Shown here piece by piece: positions 35,597 to 45,800 of a stretch of DNA of 64,000 nucleotides (the first letter of the stretch is position 1; each line of letters opens with the position of its first letter). A model generated the notes under the pieces. It ran no database searches. It was given only the letters and a program-made list of their open reading frames with translations, and was not told the origin of the DNA. The translations under genes were made by a program, and so were the position numbers. The DNA comes from a virus. The stretch is taken from positions 1-64,000 of the IMG/VR virus record IMGVR_UViG_3300049893_002799; one strand, written 5' to 3'.

Positions 35597-37936
35597 TTAT
35601 AGTTCTTTAACGACTAGAGAGCCACGATTACCCCATCTATAGGTAGCATTGGCATCACTGGTACTCCAGTATACATCTACTTTATGCGTTCCGGCAGCAA
35701 GTTGAACAGTAAGCTGATCTGTCGTCGTGATTGGTTTTCCAGAAACACTTGTTATAAAACCAGAAACCAGTCCAGCCTGTGTACCGTTGATAAAGATAGC
35801 GAATAAATTATCTGCGTTTATCGATGTATTGTTGTAGCCAGCATGCGTATATTCGATAGAGACTGGATTGCCTGATGTCTTAATTGTACAGCTCATATCG
35901 GGTATGGGTTGCAGTGATGTTATTCCACTGTTATTTGGGCTACTCGCCACACCAGCTGCTCGTGCCCATGCTTTAATAGGCGTAATCTGTTGCTCACTGA
36001 ACTTGCGCTTATCCATGATTGCACAGCTGCCTACAGAAAGCGTATTTTGTATTACGCCTGGTCCATTAAAGGCTGGAGTATGGACTGGGGTGATTATGTC
36101 AAAACCTTCAACATAAGATGCAAATGCGCCTGATGTTTTAGTAAGTCGAACAGTATGCTTTCCAAATGGTAAACCGCTAACACAGAGCTTAAATCTACTG
36201 GCGTTTGTAGGAACACTTAGTACGCCGGTGGCAGCTGTCCAGGTAGCAGCTGTACCGCCTACTAAAATAGAAGTTGTATAAGATGACCAGTTCGTATTTC
36301 CTGGACCGTTTAAAGAAAATGTCCAGCTTGTTGCGCCGCCACCTGTTCCGCCAGAAGCATTAAAATTAAAACCAGTGCCGACAAACGTGTATTCCATGTA
36401 GTCAGTTGTTGCAGCAGTATTGTAAACACTAATTCCGTTTCTAACAGCCGATGAAAAAGTATCAACTAACCAAGATGCACCTGAATAAATGGCCTCTCTC
36501 AGGCAAGATTTTCTAAGAACACCAGTAGAGTTTGAGTCAGTTGTCACTGGAGATGATGTGTCATTAGCATAATCAGCCATCAAGTAGTACTGTCCCAAAG
36601 ATACAGCTCCAGATGGTAGAGTAGGTGCCTTGGGAGCGTAGACGATGAACTGACTCACTGAAAACAGAGATGTACTAGATGTGTTGTGGATAAATTTTAC
36701 AGTATGTGTTCCATACGGAAGGCCCGAGCATACCTTTTGGGTTCTTGTTCCAGTCAAAGAGTTGATAGTACCAGCACTCACGCCATCCACAAAAAACTCA
36801 TATGTCGGTGTTCCGCTGCCAGTGTTTGTAAGAATAACATCAAGTCCAGTTCCGACAAATGTAAGAGTCCAGAAGTTAGTGGTACTGTTTGGTACTAGAC
36901 CTTCTGTTGCTACAACTGTCACATTGGAACCTACTAGTGTAGTGGTTCCGTCATCTAAGGTAAATGCTCTATTTGATGGTGTTGTCGTTAAACTACTGAA
37001 ATCATCGTTGCTCTGACCCGCATTAAGTGTATTTCTTCCGCACCCGAATTCTCGCCAATGGTAGGTTCTAACAACCTCTTCGTTAGTGTGACTGGCATTA
37101 GTTAAGTAAAGAGGTGAACCTGTATCTGTTGGTGTTAGAGCTTTAGCGATGGTACCATCAGACTTCTGATAGATAAGTACACAGCCACCTTTGGTACCTA
37201 GAGTTCCAGACTCAAAACCTGAGTTATAAGAAGCAGTAGTGAGAGAAGAAGTTGTTCGCTTACCTTCTAAATACGTAGATCCAGGAGTGTACTGGAGTGT
37301 GCTGTTTGTATTAAGGACTTCGTAGCCGGTAAAAAGATGAGAAGAAGATCCATTGCCCCTTATCTTTACCGTGTGTATACCTAAACTAAGACCCGATACA
37401 ACATTATGCACTATATTATTGGAATAATTGCGCTGATTTAATACGGTTGAGCCAGATGTTCCAACAAAAGGAACTACTGTGTTGCTGCCACCATCAACAA
37501 CTATATTTAGCGATTTATCACTAGTATTGTTGTGTGTTAATAAAAGGTTTAAGCCAGTGCCGTAAAATGTTATCTCTATATAAGATGTAGAATCAGCACT
37601 TGGAGCCTGCATATATTGACCATATGCATCATCATAGCTTTGAAATGCCCCAACTATCCTCACAGCATCGTGCTGGTCATTTATTGGCTTAAACACTCTC
37701 TCGCCGTTAGGTCCAGTCTCACCCTGAACCTCTTGGATACCTTGTATCATCACTCGCTCGACACCAAACCTTGGAAGAAGGTCATTTGAGAGGTCGGTCA
37801 TCTTGGAGCGACCAACTACAGTAGAGTGGAACAATCCAGCAGATGGAGTTCCAGTAGCTGTAGTAGCTGTACGATAGGTTAAGTTAACATGTGTCAACTG
37901 TTGTTCTGAACTAGTTTTTATCAGTGCTCTTACCAT
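35597..37936 (-). CDS. tail fibre/receptor-binding protein, paralogue C
   Basis: Same architecture as paralogues A and B. Confidence 0.7.
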   Translation of the reverse strand: MVRALIKTSSEQQLTHVNLTYRTATTATGTPSAGLFHSTVVGRSKMTDLSNDLLPRFGVERVMIQGIQEVQGETGPNGERVFKPINDQHDAVRIVGAFQSYDDAYGQYMQAPSADSTSYIEITFYGTGLNLLLTHNNTSDKSLNIVVDGGSNTVVPFVGTSGSTVLNQRNYSNNIVHNVVSGLSLGIHTVKIRGNGSSSHLFTGYEVLNTNSTLQYTPGSTYLEGKRTTSSLTTASYNSGFESGTLGTKGGCVLIYQKSDGTIAKALTPTDTGSPLYLTNASHTNEEVVRTYHWREFGCGRNTLNAGQSNDDFSSLTTTPSNRAFTLDDGTTTLVGSNVTVVATEGLVPNSTTNFWTLTFVGTGLDVILTNTGSGTPTYEFFVDGVSAGTINSLTGTRTQKVCSGLPYGTHTVKFIHNTSSTSLFSVSQFIVYAPKAPTLPSGAVSLGQYYLMADYANDTSSPVTTDSNSTGVLRKSCLREAIYSGASWLVDTFSSAVRNGISVYNTAATTDYMEYTFVGTGFNFNASGGTGGGATSWTFSLNGPGNTNWSSYTTSILVGGTAATWTAATGVLSVPTNASRFKLCVSGLPFGKHTVRLTKTSGAFASYVEGFDIITPVHTPAFNGPGVIQNTLSVGSCAIMDKRKFSEQQITPIKAWARAAGVASSPNNSGITSLQPIPDMSCTIKTSGNPVSIEYTHAGYNNTSINADNLFAIFINGTQAGLVSGFITSVSGKPITTTDQLTVQLAAGTHKVDVYWSTSDANATYRWGNRGSLVVKEL

Positions 37937-37946
37937 CTACGCCCTC

Positions 37947-39902
37947 TTACACCGAGTATATAGCGATGTTGTCGCTGTTATCTATTGTTAACTCTCTCAA
38001 GGTTCCATCTGGCCTACGCAAGAATATCCCGCGACCACTCTGTGATCTGTCGATCGTTGCATCCGTGCTTCCCAAGAAGTTGCCTGCCAGAAGAAGAGCG
38101 TTTGCATCAGAGTTATCGAATGATGTACCTGTCGTCTGGTCAAATACCAGAGTCAAATCAGCAGGAGTTCCACCGTTGTTGAAAGAGTTTGCTGGGAACA
38201 CGATAGTATTACCGCTCAAGTAGAATGACGGTGCTTTGAATACCTGTCCAGTCTCAACTAGATATACACTAAGAAGATCAGGATCTGGACGGAACTGTGT
38301 CAGCGCGAAGCTGTTGGGGTTGCTCGTCGAGTTAAACCTAAACACCTGGCGATTCTTGATACCACCGACGATACCGTTTGTCTGGAGATCGTAGAGGATG
38401 CCATAGCCTTCAAGTTGCTTACTACCTGCACTCGCTGTAATCTTAACGCGAAGATCAAGCTTTCTTCCTTTAACAGTATACTTGAGAGCAGATGTTCCAG
38501 GATCACTCCAAGATGTGCCGTTGAACACTGTCAAGCCGTTAGCTGTGCCGTCTGTTTGTAAATCTAGTTTATCAACTCCAGCAGAAGCAGTAAACTGATC
38601 TTTGTACGTCTGATCAGTTCTTACTACAACGTGATAGCTGCCTGCAATTAAAACTGTGTCTGGTAGAGTAATCGTGTTCAGACCGTTAGATAGACCAGAG
38701 ATCAGAACAGCGCTGCTGTCGCTCACCAGGTCTGCCAATGCAGTAGACGGCGATCCTGCGCTGTCTTTAACTATAGAGATATAGATGTTACCAACAGGTG
38801 AACCGCCTTTAGTAACATACAAATCGAGTTTTCTTACTACTGAAGCATCTGCTAGTGTGAATAGCTGAGCAATCTTCTGCTGCGCGGACACGTTGAGTGT
38901 TGCTACACCAGTAGTAGATGCCTGTGTTACTAGAGATTGGTCAGCTGCTTCTGTGGTAAACACATGTGTACCAACATAGGTATCAGTTGTTCCGACGCGA
39001 TCCATGGTAACAGTCTGAAACTCATTACCGCCATCTCGTGAAACTTGATATGTGGCAGCAGTATCAATAGCGCCAGTGGCCCATTTAGCCATGAGCTGTA
39101 CACTCTTAACATCGCGTCCTTCACCCAGGAATTCTGAGGAGTCGAGCATCTGTGTTGAGAGCAAGAATTGTGCACCTGCTGTATACTCATAATTCTGAGT
39201 AACAAGCGAGTATGCTCCTGTAGAGCTGCCGTCAATCAAGTCATCTTCATTTACACTGAAGATGTTTGGTGTTGCTAAAGCCCAAGCACCTTCGCGCAAG
39301 TTTGCCTTAATAGTCTCAAGGAATGAGTTTGCGTCGCCGCTTCCACCACCTGCTCCACCGCCGCCAACAAACTGATATAGGTCTGACAGTAGAACGTTCT
39401 GGACATTGTTTGCGCCGTCAGTTCTGAGGACAAAGTAGCCAACACCGAAAGTATTGGAGATACCTGGAGGTGCGGTAGCTGCTGCTAAAGAAGCAGCGGC
39501 AGTACCGGCAGTTAGCGTTAAATTACCAACAGCATCCATGTTGATGCCGAACTTCCTATACTGACTAGCAGTCATGCCAATTGATAGGGGTGCAGCTATA
39601 GATGGAGAGTATACGATAGTTCCAGCACCAGTGGCGCCAGCTGTAATTGTCCCGCTTGTGAAGTTAGGAAGAGCATTTGAGACAGTTGGAATAGTGCGAT
39701 ACTTTAAAGTTTCTGGGTTCTGAACAAATATTGAACCTACACTTACAACCCTGTTTGCACCTGTGCAACTAAGTTTAAGCGGAGGCGTATCATTGTTGTT
39801 AAGTGAGCGCAGTAAATTATCAAGTTCTACTCCAGCAGCTGTAGCTACCTGATCTAGTAAATCCCTCGATATTATCTGGCGGGCGTCCAATTTAGTCGTC
39901 AT
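37947..39902 (-). CDS. virion structural protein (fibre adaptor, putative)
   Basis: 651-aa Gly/Ala/Thr-rich beta protein within the tail module. Confidence 0.55.
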   Translation of the reverse strand: MTTKLDARQIISRDLLDQVATAAGVELDNLLRSLNNNDTPPLKLSCTGANRVVSVGSIFVQNPETLKYRTIPTVSNALPNFTSGTITAGATGAGTIVYSPSIAAPLSIGMTASQYRKFGINMDAVGNLTLTAGTAAASLAAATAPPGISNTFGVGYFVLRTDGANNVQNVLLSDLYQFVGGGGAGGGSGDANSFLETIKANLREGAWALATPNIFSVNEDDLIDGSSTGAYSLVTQNYEYTAGAQFLLSTQMLDSSEFLGEGRDVKSVQLMAKWATGAIDTAATYQVSRDGGNEFQTVTMDRVGTTDTYVGTHVFTTEAADQSLVTQASTTGVATLNVSAQQKIAQLFTLADASVVRKLDLYVTKGGSPVGNIYISIVKDSAGSPSTALADLVSDSSAVLISGLSNGLNTITLPDTVLIAGSYHVVVRTDQTYKDQFTASAGVDKLDLQTDGTANGLTVFNGTSWSDPGTSALKYTVKGRKLDLRVKITASAGSKQLEGYGILYDLQTNGIVGGIKNRQVFRFNSTSNPNSFALTQFRPDPDLLSVYLVETGQVFKAPSFYLSGNTIVFPANSFNNGGTPADLTLVFDQTTGTSFDNSDANALLLAGNFLGSTDATIDRSQSGRGIFLRRPDGTLRELTIDNSDNIAIYSV

Positions 39903-39920
39903 ATTTTAAAATGCCCCTTC

Positions 39921-40463
39921 TTATGCTGGTCTATCAATTCTAAAGTTTATATCATCTCCACTTACCAGATCAAAAGTGAAAGCCACTTGAGCTCTAGGCG
40001 GAGATCCTACAAAGTTGTAATCGATACCTGAATCCATTCTAACACCGTTCAGCCTAACCTCCAGCTCTTCGCCGGTATAAGTCTGACCATTAGGTAAGCT
40101 AATAGGAGTACCAGTATTTATCGTAGATACAACGTTATATGTCTGATCATATATAGTGATCGAATCATCCTGATCAATCCTAAAATGAACCTTATCATCA
40201 CTGACAAGATCAAATGCAAAAGTTATCTGGGTTCTAGGAGCAACACCAACATAACTATAATCGACGCCAGAATCCATCCTGACGCCGTTCAAGCTAACTT
40301 CAAGTTCTTCATCTGTATAAGAGCCAGCAGCCGGTAAAGTTAACGGTGTACCAGACGTTATGAGTGAAACCACATCATAGGTCTGGTCATATATGGTAAC
40401 CACTCCGCCTAATTCAGGCATCATTCGTGGTATACCATTTACAAGTGCTAGCTTCTTAGCCAT
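39921..40463 (-). CDS. structural protein made of two tandem ~78-aa repeats
   Basis: TIYDQTY.VVS.I..GTP..LP...YT.EELEV.LNGVRMDSG.DY..VG..PR.Q..F.FDLVS.D occurs twice. Confidence 0.7.
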   Translation of the reverse strand: MAKKLALVNGIPRMMPELGGVVTIYDQTYDVVSLITSGTPLTLPAAGSYTDEELEVSLNGVRMDSGVDYSYVGVAPRTQITFAFDLVSDDKVHFRIDQDDSITIYDQTYNVVSTINTGTPISLPNGQTYTGEELEVRLNGVRMDSGIDYNFVGSPPRAQVAFTFDLVSGDDINFRIDRPA

Positions 40464-40473
40464 GTATTACCTA

Positions 40474-42174
40474 TTAGTTAACGCCCATCATCTGGATCTG
40501 AACATCAATGGTGTTGGCGTCTTTAACCATACCAACTTTAACTGCAGCTATATTTGATGCAGTTGGTGCGGTACTTGTTAATGCACCAGATGCTCCGAGC
40601 CACAGTGGCTTACCAACAGTGAAACCATGAGAAGTAACAGTCATAAGCCCCATCTTATAGATGTTAGGCATCGAACCCGCTGCACTCAAGGCACCAACTG
40701 TCAATACAAGTCCTACAACATGGAAGTTGTCTGTACTTGTAGCATCATTATCTGCTTTATACATACGTCCGGCAGTTTCTGCATCTTGTCCGTATCGAAC
40801 AGCAAACAATGTTGTTGCTGCAAACGATTCACCGGCGATTTCACCAGCTGCTCTAACAGATGGTGCATAAGTTACAGACAGCGCCGTGCCATTACCACCA
40901 GCAAGACCTGCACCAGCTACAGAAGTAGTGAGATGGGTTTCATCTATGCTGTTTGTCTTAACATCTGCAGCAATAGTGTTTGCACCATCGTTGTAGGTTA
41001 AGTCAATTGTAGCGGTGTCGGTAAGAGCAGCGCCAACAGCATCTTGTGCACGTTCGTCAGTGAAGTAGAGGTTGGTACCTTCTGCAAGATCGGTAGTAGA
41101 CTTTGTTGCTAGTCGTGTGTCGAAACTAGAGTTAAAGTCTGCTGAGTTAAATTTCTCAGTATCTAACTCGTTGATAGCAGCTTGAACAGTAGTAGCAGCA
41201 ATTCCACCAGCAGGAACGTTGGTTACTTGAGAAGCAGTATAGTCACCAGATTGTGCAGTAACGATACCGGTACGACCAAACACTGAGGCAACAGCATCAG
41301 TGGTATCCGATTTTTCCCAGATTGTGCCGTTGTAGATTACATAATCACCAACGTCGAATGTGATGCTACCAGAACCAAGGTTCTGAGTACCAGCTGTACC
41401 AACACGGTACACCATACCAGCATCACCGGAACCATCTGCGAGAGATGGGGAGTTCGTACTAGCATTCCACACGCCTTCGTATGTCATTACAGCAGAAGGC
41501 AACTGTGCTACAGCGATCTTACCGCCGCCATCCAACTTAACAGGAGCGCCAGCAGTTGAAGTTGTTACAAACTCTGATTTTTGGTAGTAGCGTGCGTCAC
41601 CGCGTGCATCATTGTGATACTGGGTATGATCGTCATCGCCAAGACCAGTTAGTGCACCGTGATCAACTTTACTAGCATCGAATCGTACTCGAAGTTGCTC
41701 GTTAGCGCCAGGGTTAACTACAGACTTCTCTAACGCGTTGGTGCTGTTTGTACCAATATCAACAAGAAGAGTTGAATCAAGGAAGTCAGATGTTGTGTCG
41801 TTGGTTGTTACCTTTACACGACCGCTTCCTGAAGCAAGTGCTGAATCGATGCCGCTTAAAGCACCTTTGACAGTAGCAGCAGCTGGAGTAAAGTTGGAGT
41901 AAGTATTATCGTCGCCGATAAGATCTGAACCACTAGAAGCACCAGAACTACCAAGTTCAGTTTCTGTAAAGTAGCGACCATCATGGTGGTGCAGGGATGC
42001 ACTAATGTCACTACCGTTTTGAAGGGTAATGAGATTGTCTAAGATGGTCTTTGTGAGGTTAGTTCCAGCTCCACCGCCAACTTTTAACTGATCTACGACC
42101 AGTGTGTTGGATGATAGGTCAACTTGACGCTGTACGCCGTTGACCAATCTAGAAAGTCTTGAAATATCAGTCAT
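40474..42174 (-). CDS. tail fibre/structural protein
   Basis: HGALTGLGDDDHTQY, WNASTNSP, VASVFGRTG.V and TTDLAEGTNLYFT fibre motifs. Confidence 0.7.
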   Translation of the reverse strand: MTDISRLSRLVNGVQRQVDLSSNTLVVDQLKVGGGAGTNLTKTILDNLITLQNGSDISASLHHHDGRYFTETELGSSGASSGSDLIGDDNTYSNFTPAAATVKGALSGIDSALASGSGRVKVTTNDTTSDFLDSTLLVDIGTNSTNALEKSVVNPGANEQLRVRFDASKVDHGALTGLGDDDHTQYHNDARGDARYYQKSEFVTTSTAGAPVKLDGGGKIAVAQLPSAVMTYEGVWNASTNSPSLADGSGDAGMVYRVGTAGTQNLGSGSITFDVGDYVIYNGTIWEKSDTTDAVASVFGRTGIVTAQSGDYTASQVTNVPAGGIAATTVQAAINELDTEKFNSADFNSSFDTRLATKSTTDLAEGTNLYFTDERAQDAVGAALTDTATIDLTYNDGANTIAADVKTNSIDETHLTTSVAGAGLAGGNGTALSVTYAPSVRAAGEIAGESFAATTLFAVRYGQDAETAGRMYKADNDATSTDNFHVVGLVLTVGALSAAGSMPNIYKMGLMTVTSHGFTVGKPLWLGASGALTSTAPTASNIAAVKVGMVKDANTIDVQIQMMGVN

Positions 42175-42210
42175 TTAAAATACTCCTATTTTCGCACAAG
42201 TCGTGTAGTG

Positions 42211-42432
42211 CTATACGTTGTCCTGCTCTATCTTATCACGCTCATCGGCTTTATTAGTAGCTTCAGATCGCTCAATTACTATCTGCATCTTACATGTCAT
42301 ACCATATCGACTTAATAACTTATTAACTTTATCACAAGTCGCATCAACTTCCTCGTTGATTTTATTAGCTATTTTCTGAACTGCTGCTTCTAACTGCTCA
42401 TCTGTAAGCTTGTCAACATTGATAGGTCTCAT
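42211..42432 (-). CDS. hypothetical protein (ends in TAG)
   Basis: 73-aa ORF with an ATGA overlap. Confidence 0.6.
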   Translation of the reverse strand: MRPINVDKLTDEQLEAAVQKIANKINEEVDATCDKVNKLLSRYGMTCKMQIVIERSEATNKADERDKIEQDNV

Positions 42433-42881
42433 AATTGCCCCACTATGGATATGTTTACCAGCAGGTCTTTGAGTAAAGGATTGTCAACGTTCTTGATGAC
42501 GACCCCAAGTCTTATCACAAAATCATCGGCGACAAAACCATCAACCCCAATCTCTGGCTTTATATTAGTTGTACCACCAGACTTGGAGACATATAGTACA
42601 TCACCTATCGAAGCCGTCAATATATCAGCTATTCGTCCCGAGTTTGCTATCTCTCCTACAGTACCGTTCATTACATCGGTATTAAGAAGTCCAGCGATAG
42701 CCAAGGCCTGTGCTTCTATACTGACATCTATGCTCTCCATGTTGCCACTAGAATTAAGGCGCACGGGTGTAAGCTTAGTAAGAGCACTACCGGTCATATT
42801 TGTGCTTTTTAGCTGCACAGCTTTACTAGATGTAGCCTCGGGCACAATCGAGATACCTGAAAAATTAGGGTTATATGACAT
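42429..42881 (-). CDS. structural protein (capsid-fibre/DUF2190-like, putative)
   Basis: GDVLYVSKSGG...IRLGVV resembles the C-terminal domain of 40474-42174; ATG at 42881 in a TAATG overlap. Confidence 0.55.
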   Translation of the reverse strand: MSYNPNFSGISIVPEATSSKAVQLKSTNMTGSALTKLTPVRLNSSGNMESIDVSIEAQALAIAGLLNTDVMNGTVGEIANSGRIADILTASIGDVLYVSKSGGTTNIKPEIGVDGFVADDFVIRLGVVIKNVDNPLLKDLLVNISIVGQL

Positions 42882-45800
42882 TACACAAGCCACCAAGTTG
42901 TACCATCACACACTATAGTGAAGGCTTCATATTGTACGTTTGAGGTTTTTGTTGATGCACCATCGATAGTTTCTGCACCATTTGGATCTAGCACCATGTT
43001 GTTACTGGAAGAATCTATCTTCTTGATGTAGTACTTCTTTCCTAAAGCGCTAGCTGCTGCAGGAAGGTTTATCGTCACGATGCCTCCGCTAGTATTGACC
43101 AGAATTAGATCATCACTTAATAAAGCTGTATCTGTTGACGATATGGAGCGAACATTGAGCTTTGCAGAGATATCAATTGTACTAGCGTTCTGCGTAACCG
43201 ATACGCCGGATGTAGATGTGAGAGATCGTAGCTCTAAATCTACACCGGTTTTCTGCTTGAAAACACCTGCTCCACCGCCAACATTAGAAGCTGTATTAGC
43301 TTCTCCACTGCCAACAGCAGCAATCTCAACATCATCGCCAATCTGGGAAACACTGATATTTGTTCCAGCCTTAATTCTGCGGAACTCTAAATCTATCCCA
43401 TTTTTCTGCTTAAAGACATTCCCAGCGCCAGTTCCTACGTTAGAAGCAGTATTTGCTTCTCCACCGCCTACACCTACAACAACAGTTTCACCGACCAAAG
43501 GAACTACAAATGTGAGGCTGTCACCGATACTTAAGTCTTGCTGAATTTGTACTTGTGTACTCTGTGTGCCAATGGTTCCGATTTCGGTGTAGTCAACACC
43601 GGTTCTAAGCTTATCGCCGTTTAGATATAGTTGAAGTATGCCTTCGCCTACAATATATGAGCGAGGATTGCCACCATCTCTGCTGTCATCAGGTAGGGTA
43701 AGCGTTGTTCCGGTAGTTATTGGACCAGTTAACTCATAATCATTGCTTGGAGCACCACTGACGATATCATAGGTTTCATCGTAGGCATTTTCTAGCACTC
43801 GTACAAACTGAACTTGTAGCTCTACTTCACTTGTAGCAGTAGCGACACCTAGGATAACAAGGCTATCTCCGGATGTCGACGGCGGAGTTGTAGTTGCAGC
43901 TCCTGTACTAGTGCTAAGATATGCGATATTCCCTACAGCAAGCGTACCGTTTACAGCAATCTTGCCTTTTACTTGTACATAGCCAGCAGCTAGATGTGCG
44001 ATATTTGTAGTAGCTACACCAATCGTCCCTTTAGCTGTATTTAGTGACGATGCATTTGCAGGAGCAATCGAGCCACTAGCAGTTACATATACAATAGTTC
44101 CTGCATTTATGGTGGATCCAGACAGGTTAGTATATAGGGTTAATACCTTATCTTTACCAGCTGTATCAACATAGTTCTTAGTAGCAGCATCCTGCGCAGC
44201 TGTCGGATCTAAGAGGTTGGTGCCTTTAAATCCGTTAAAGTTTAAGTTGGCAGCCATTGGGTTGGTGCCGTCTAACTTTAAGAAATTACTGTCTACGTAA
44301 GTTTTTCGTGTTGCGTCGTTTGGATTAGTTGGCGCACCTAGATCCACAATCTTAAAGCCATCCATATCCAGGTCGGCCTGCATTGGATTGCCACCGTTGA
44401 GCTTTAAGAAGTTTGTGTCTACGTATGACTTACGAGTGGCATCATTTCCACTTATAGGAGCCGGTAGATTTGTCAGCTGGTTGCTATCCATGTCGAGGTT
44501 GGCTTGCATGGTATTGGTGCCATCTCGACGGATAAAATCATTGTTGATTGTTGTGCTAAGACTATCAACATCTGTTTTTCTTGCTGCATCGGTACCAGCA
44601 ATAGGTGCTGCAATATTGGTAATCTTAAAGTTGTTAAGATCAAGATCAGCCAACATATTGAGAGATCCGTCGCGACGGATGAAATTCGTGTCGAAATTAA
44701 ATGCCGGATTTGCTCCACGCTTGAATATGAGTTGATCTGAAGCATTTCTCCAGAATCCGTAGTCACTAGCGCCAAGTGGATCAGACGCCTCTTGGCTCAA
44801 AGTAAGACCAGCTGGATCTATTACACCGGTTACTTCAATATCGCCCTGGATTGACATTAATTTTTGGCTAGCTGGTCCAGTAATAACAATAGGCTGACCG
44901 CTGCTGATATTGATGAATCGACCCGCATCATACGAGTCCTGAAGATCTCCACCACCACTGCCATCAGATGCAAAGTATACTGCACCGTGAGCATCTATGC
45001 GGAATGTAAGCTTATCGCCGATCTCAAGATCTTGAGTGAGTGTGATGCGTTTAGAGAGAGCGCCTGTGGTACCAATCTCGCTCCAGTTATCTACGCTTCT
45101 TAAATATTGACCGTTAAGATAGATCTCGAGTTGACCAGAACCTACTATATATTCCTGGATACCGCTGATAACATCTCGGCTATCGTTGGGCAATATAAGT
45201 TCTACGCCCGCAAGTACGGGTCCTTGCAGCTCATATTGATTAGATGGTATACCAGCAACCACCACATATGTTTCATCATACACGTTACCGTCAGGACGCT
45301 GCGCCTTATTAGTCTCAGCAATAGTGTCCTGAATTCTTGTCCACAGTATGAACACATCTTGGTCAATAGGGGCAACATCGATATTAGTAATATAGATTGC
45401 ACCAGCAAGATCTGTATCAGGTGTATCAGTGAGAGAAATTGTGTTGAACGTTTTAGCGGCAAAACGATTGATGCGAACCCAGGCACATTGGCCGTCTGCA
45501 AGAATCAGTGTTCCTAGGGCATTGATTGCATCAACATCGACTATATTTCGATTAGCTGCTCCAGGAATTATGATTTCGATATCTGGATCAAATCCAGACT
45601 GCTGCACTGTGAAGGTGTAAGTAGTACCTACAGCACCATCGGCTATATTGGTTGTTGAGCCAACCGCATCGTTGGTTAATAGAACGGTATCAGAGCTATA
45701 CGAGCTTGCAGTAACTTCTACACTAGCAGCACCGTTAATAGCCCCAATGGTATTAGATGCTACAACTGCAGCAGAATCGCCTGTAGCAATATTAACTTCG

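Noticed and set aside
25737-37936. Diversity-generating retroelement or shufflon acting on the fibre genes
   Set aside because: No reverse transcriptase or recombinase lies in the window, the repeats are direct and all coding, and the differences are not adenine-specific.
44160-44690. Periodic repeats resembling a CRISPR or tandem array
   Set aside because: They are in-frame ~40-aa protein repeats with degenerate DNA and no repeat-spacer structure.
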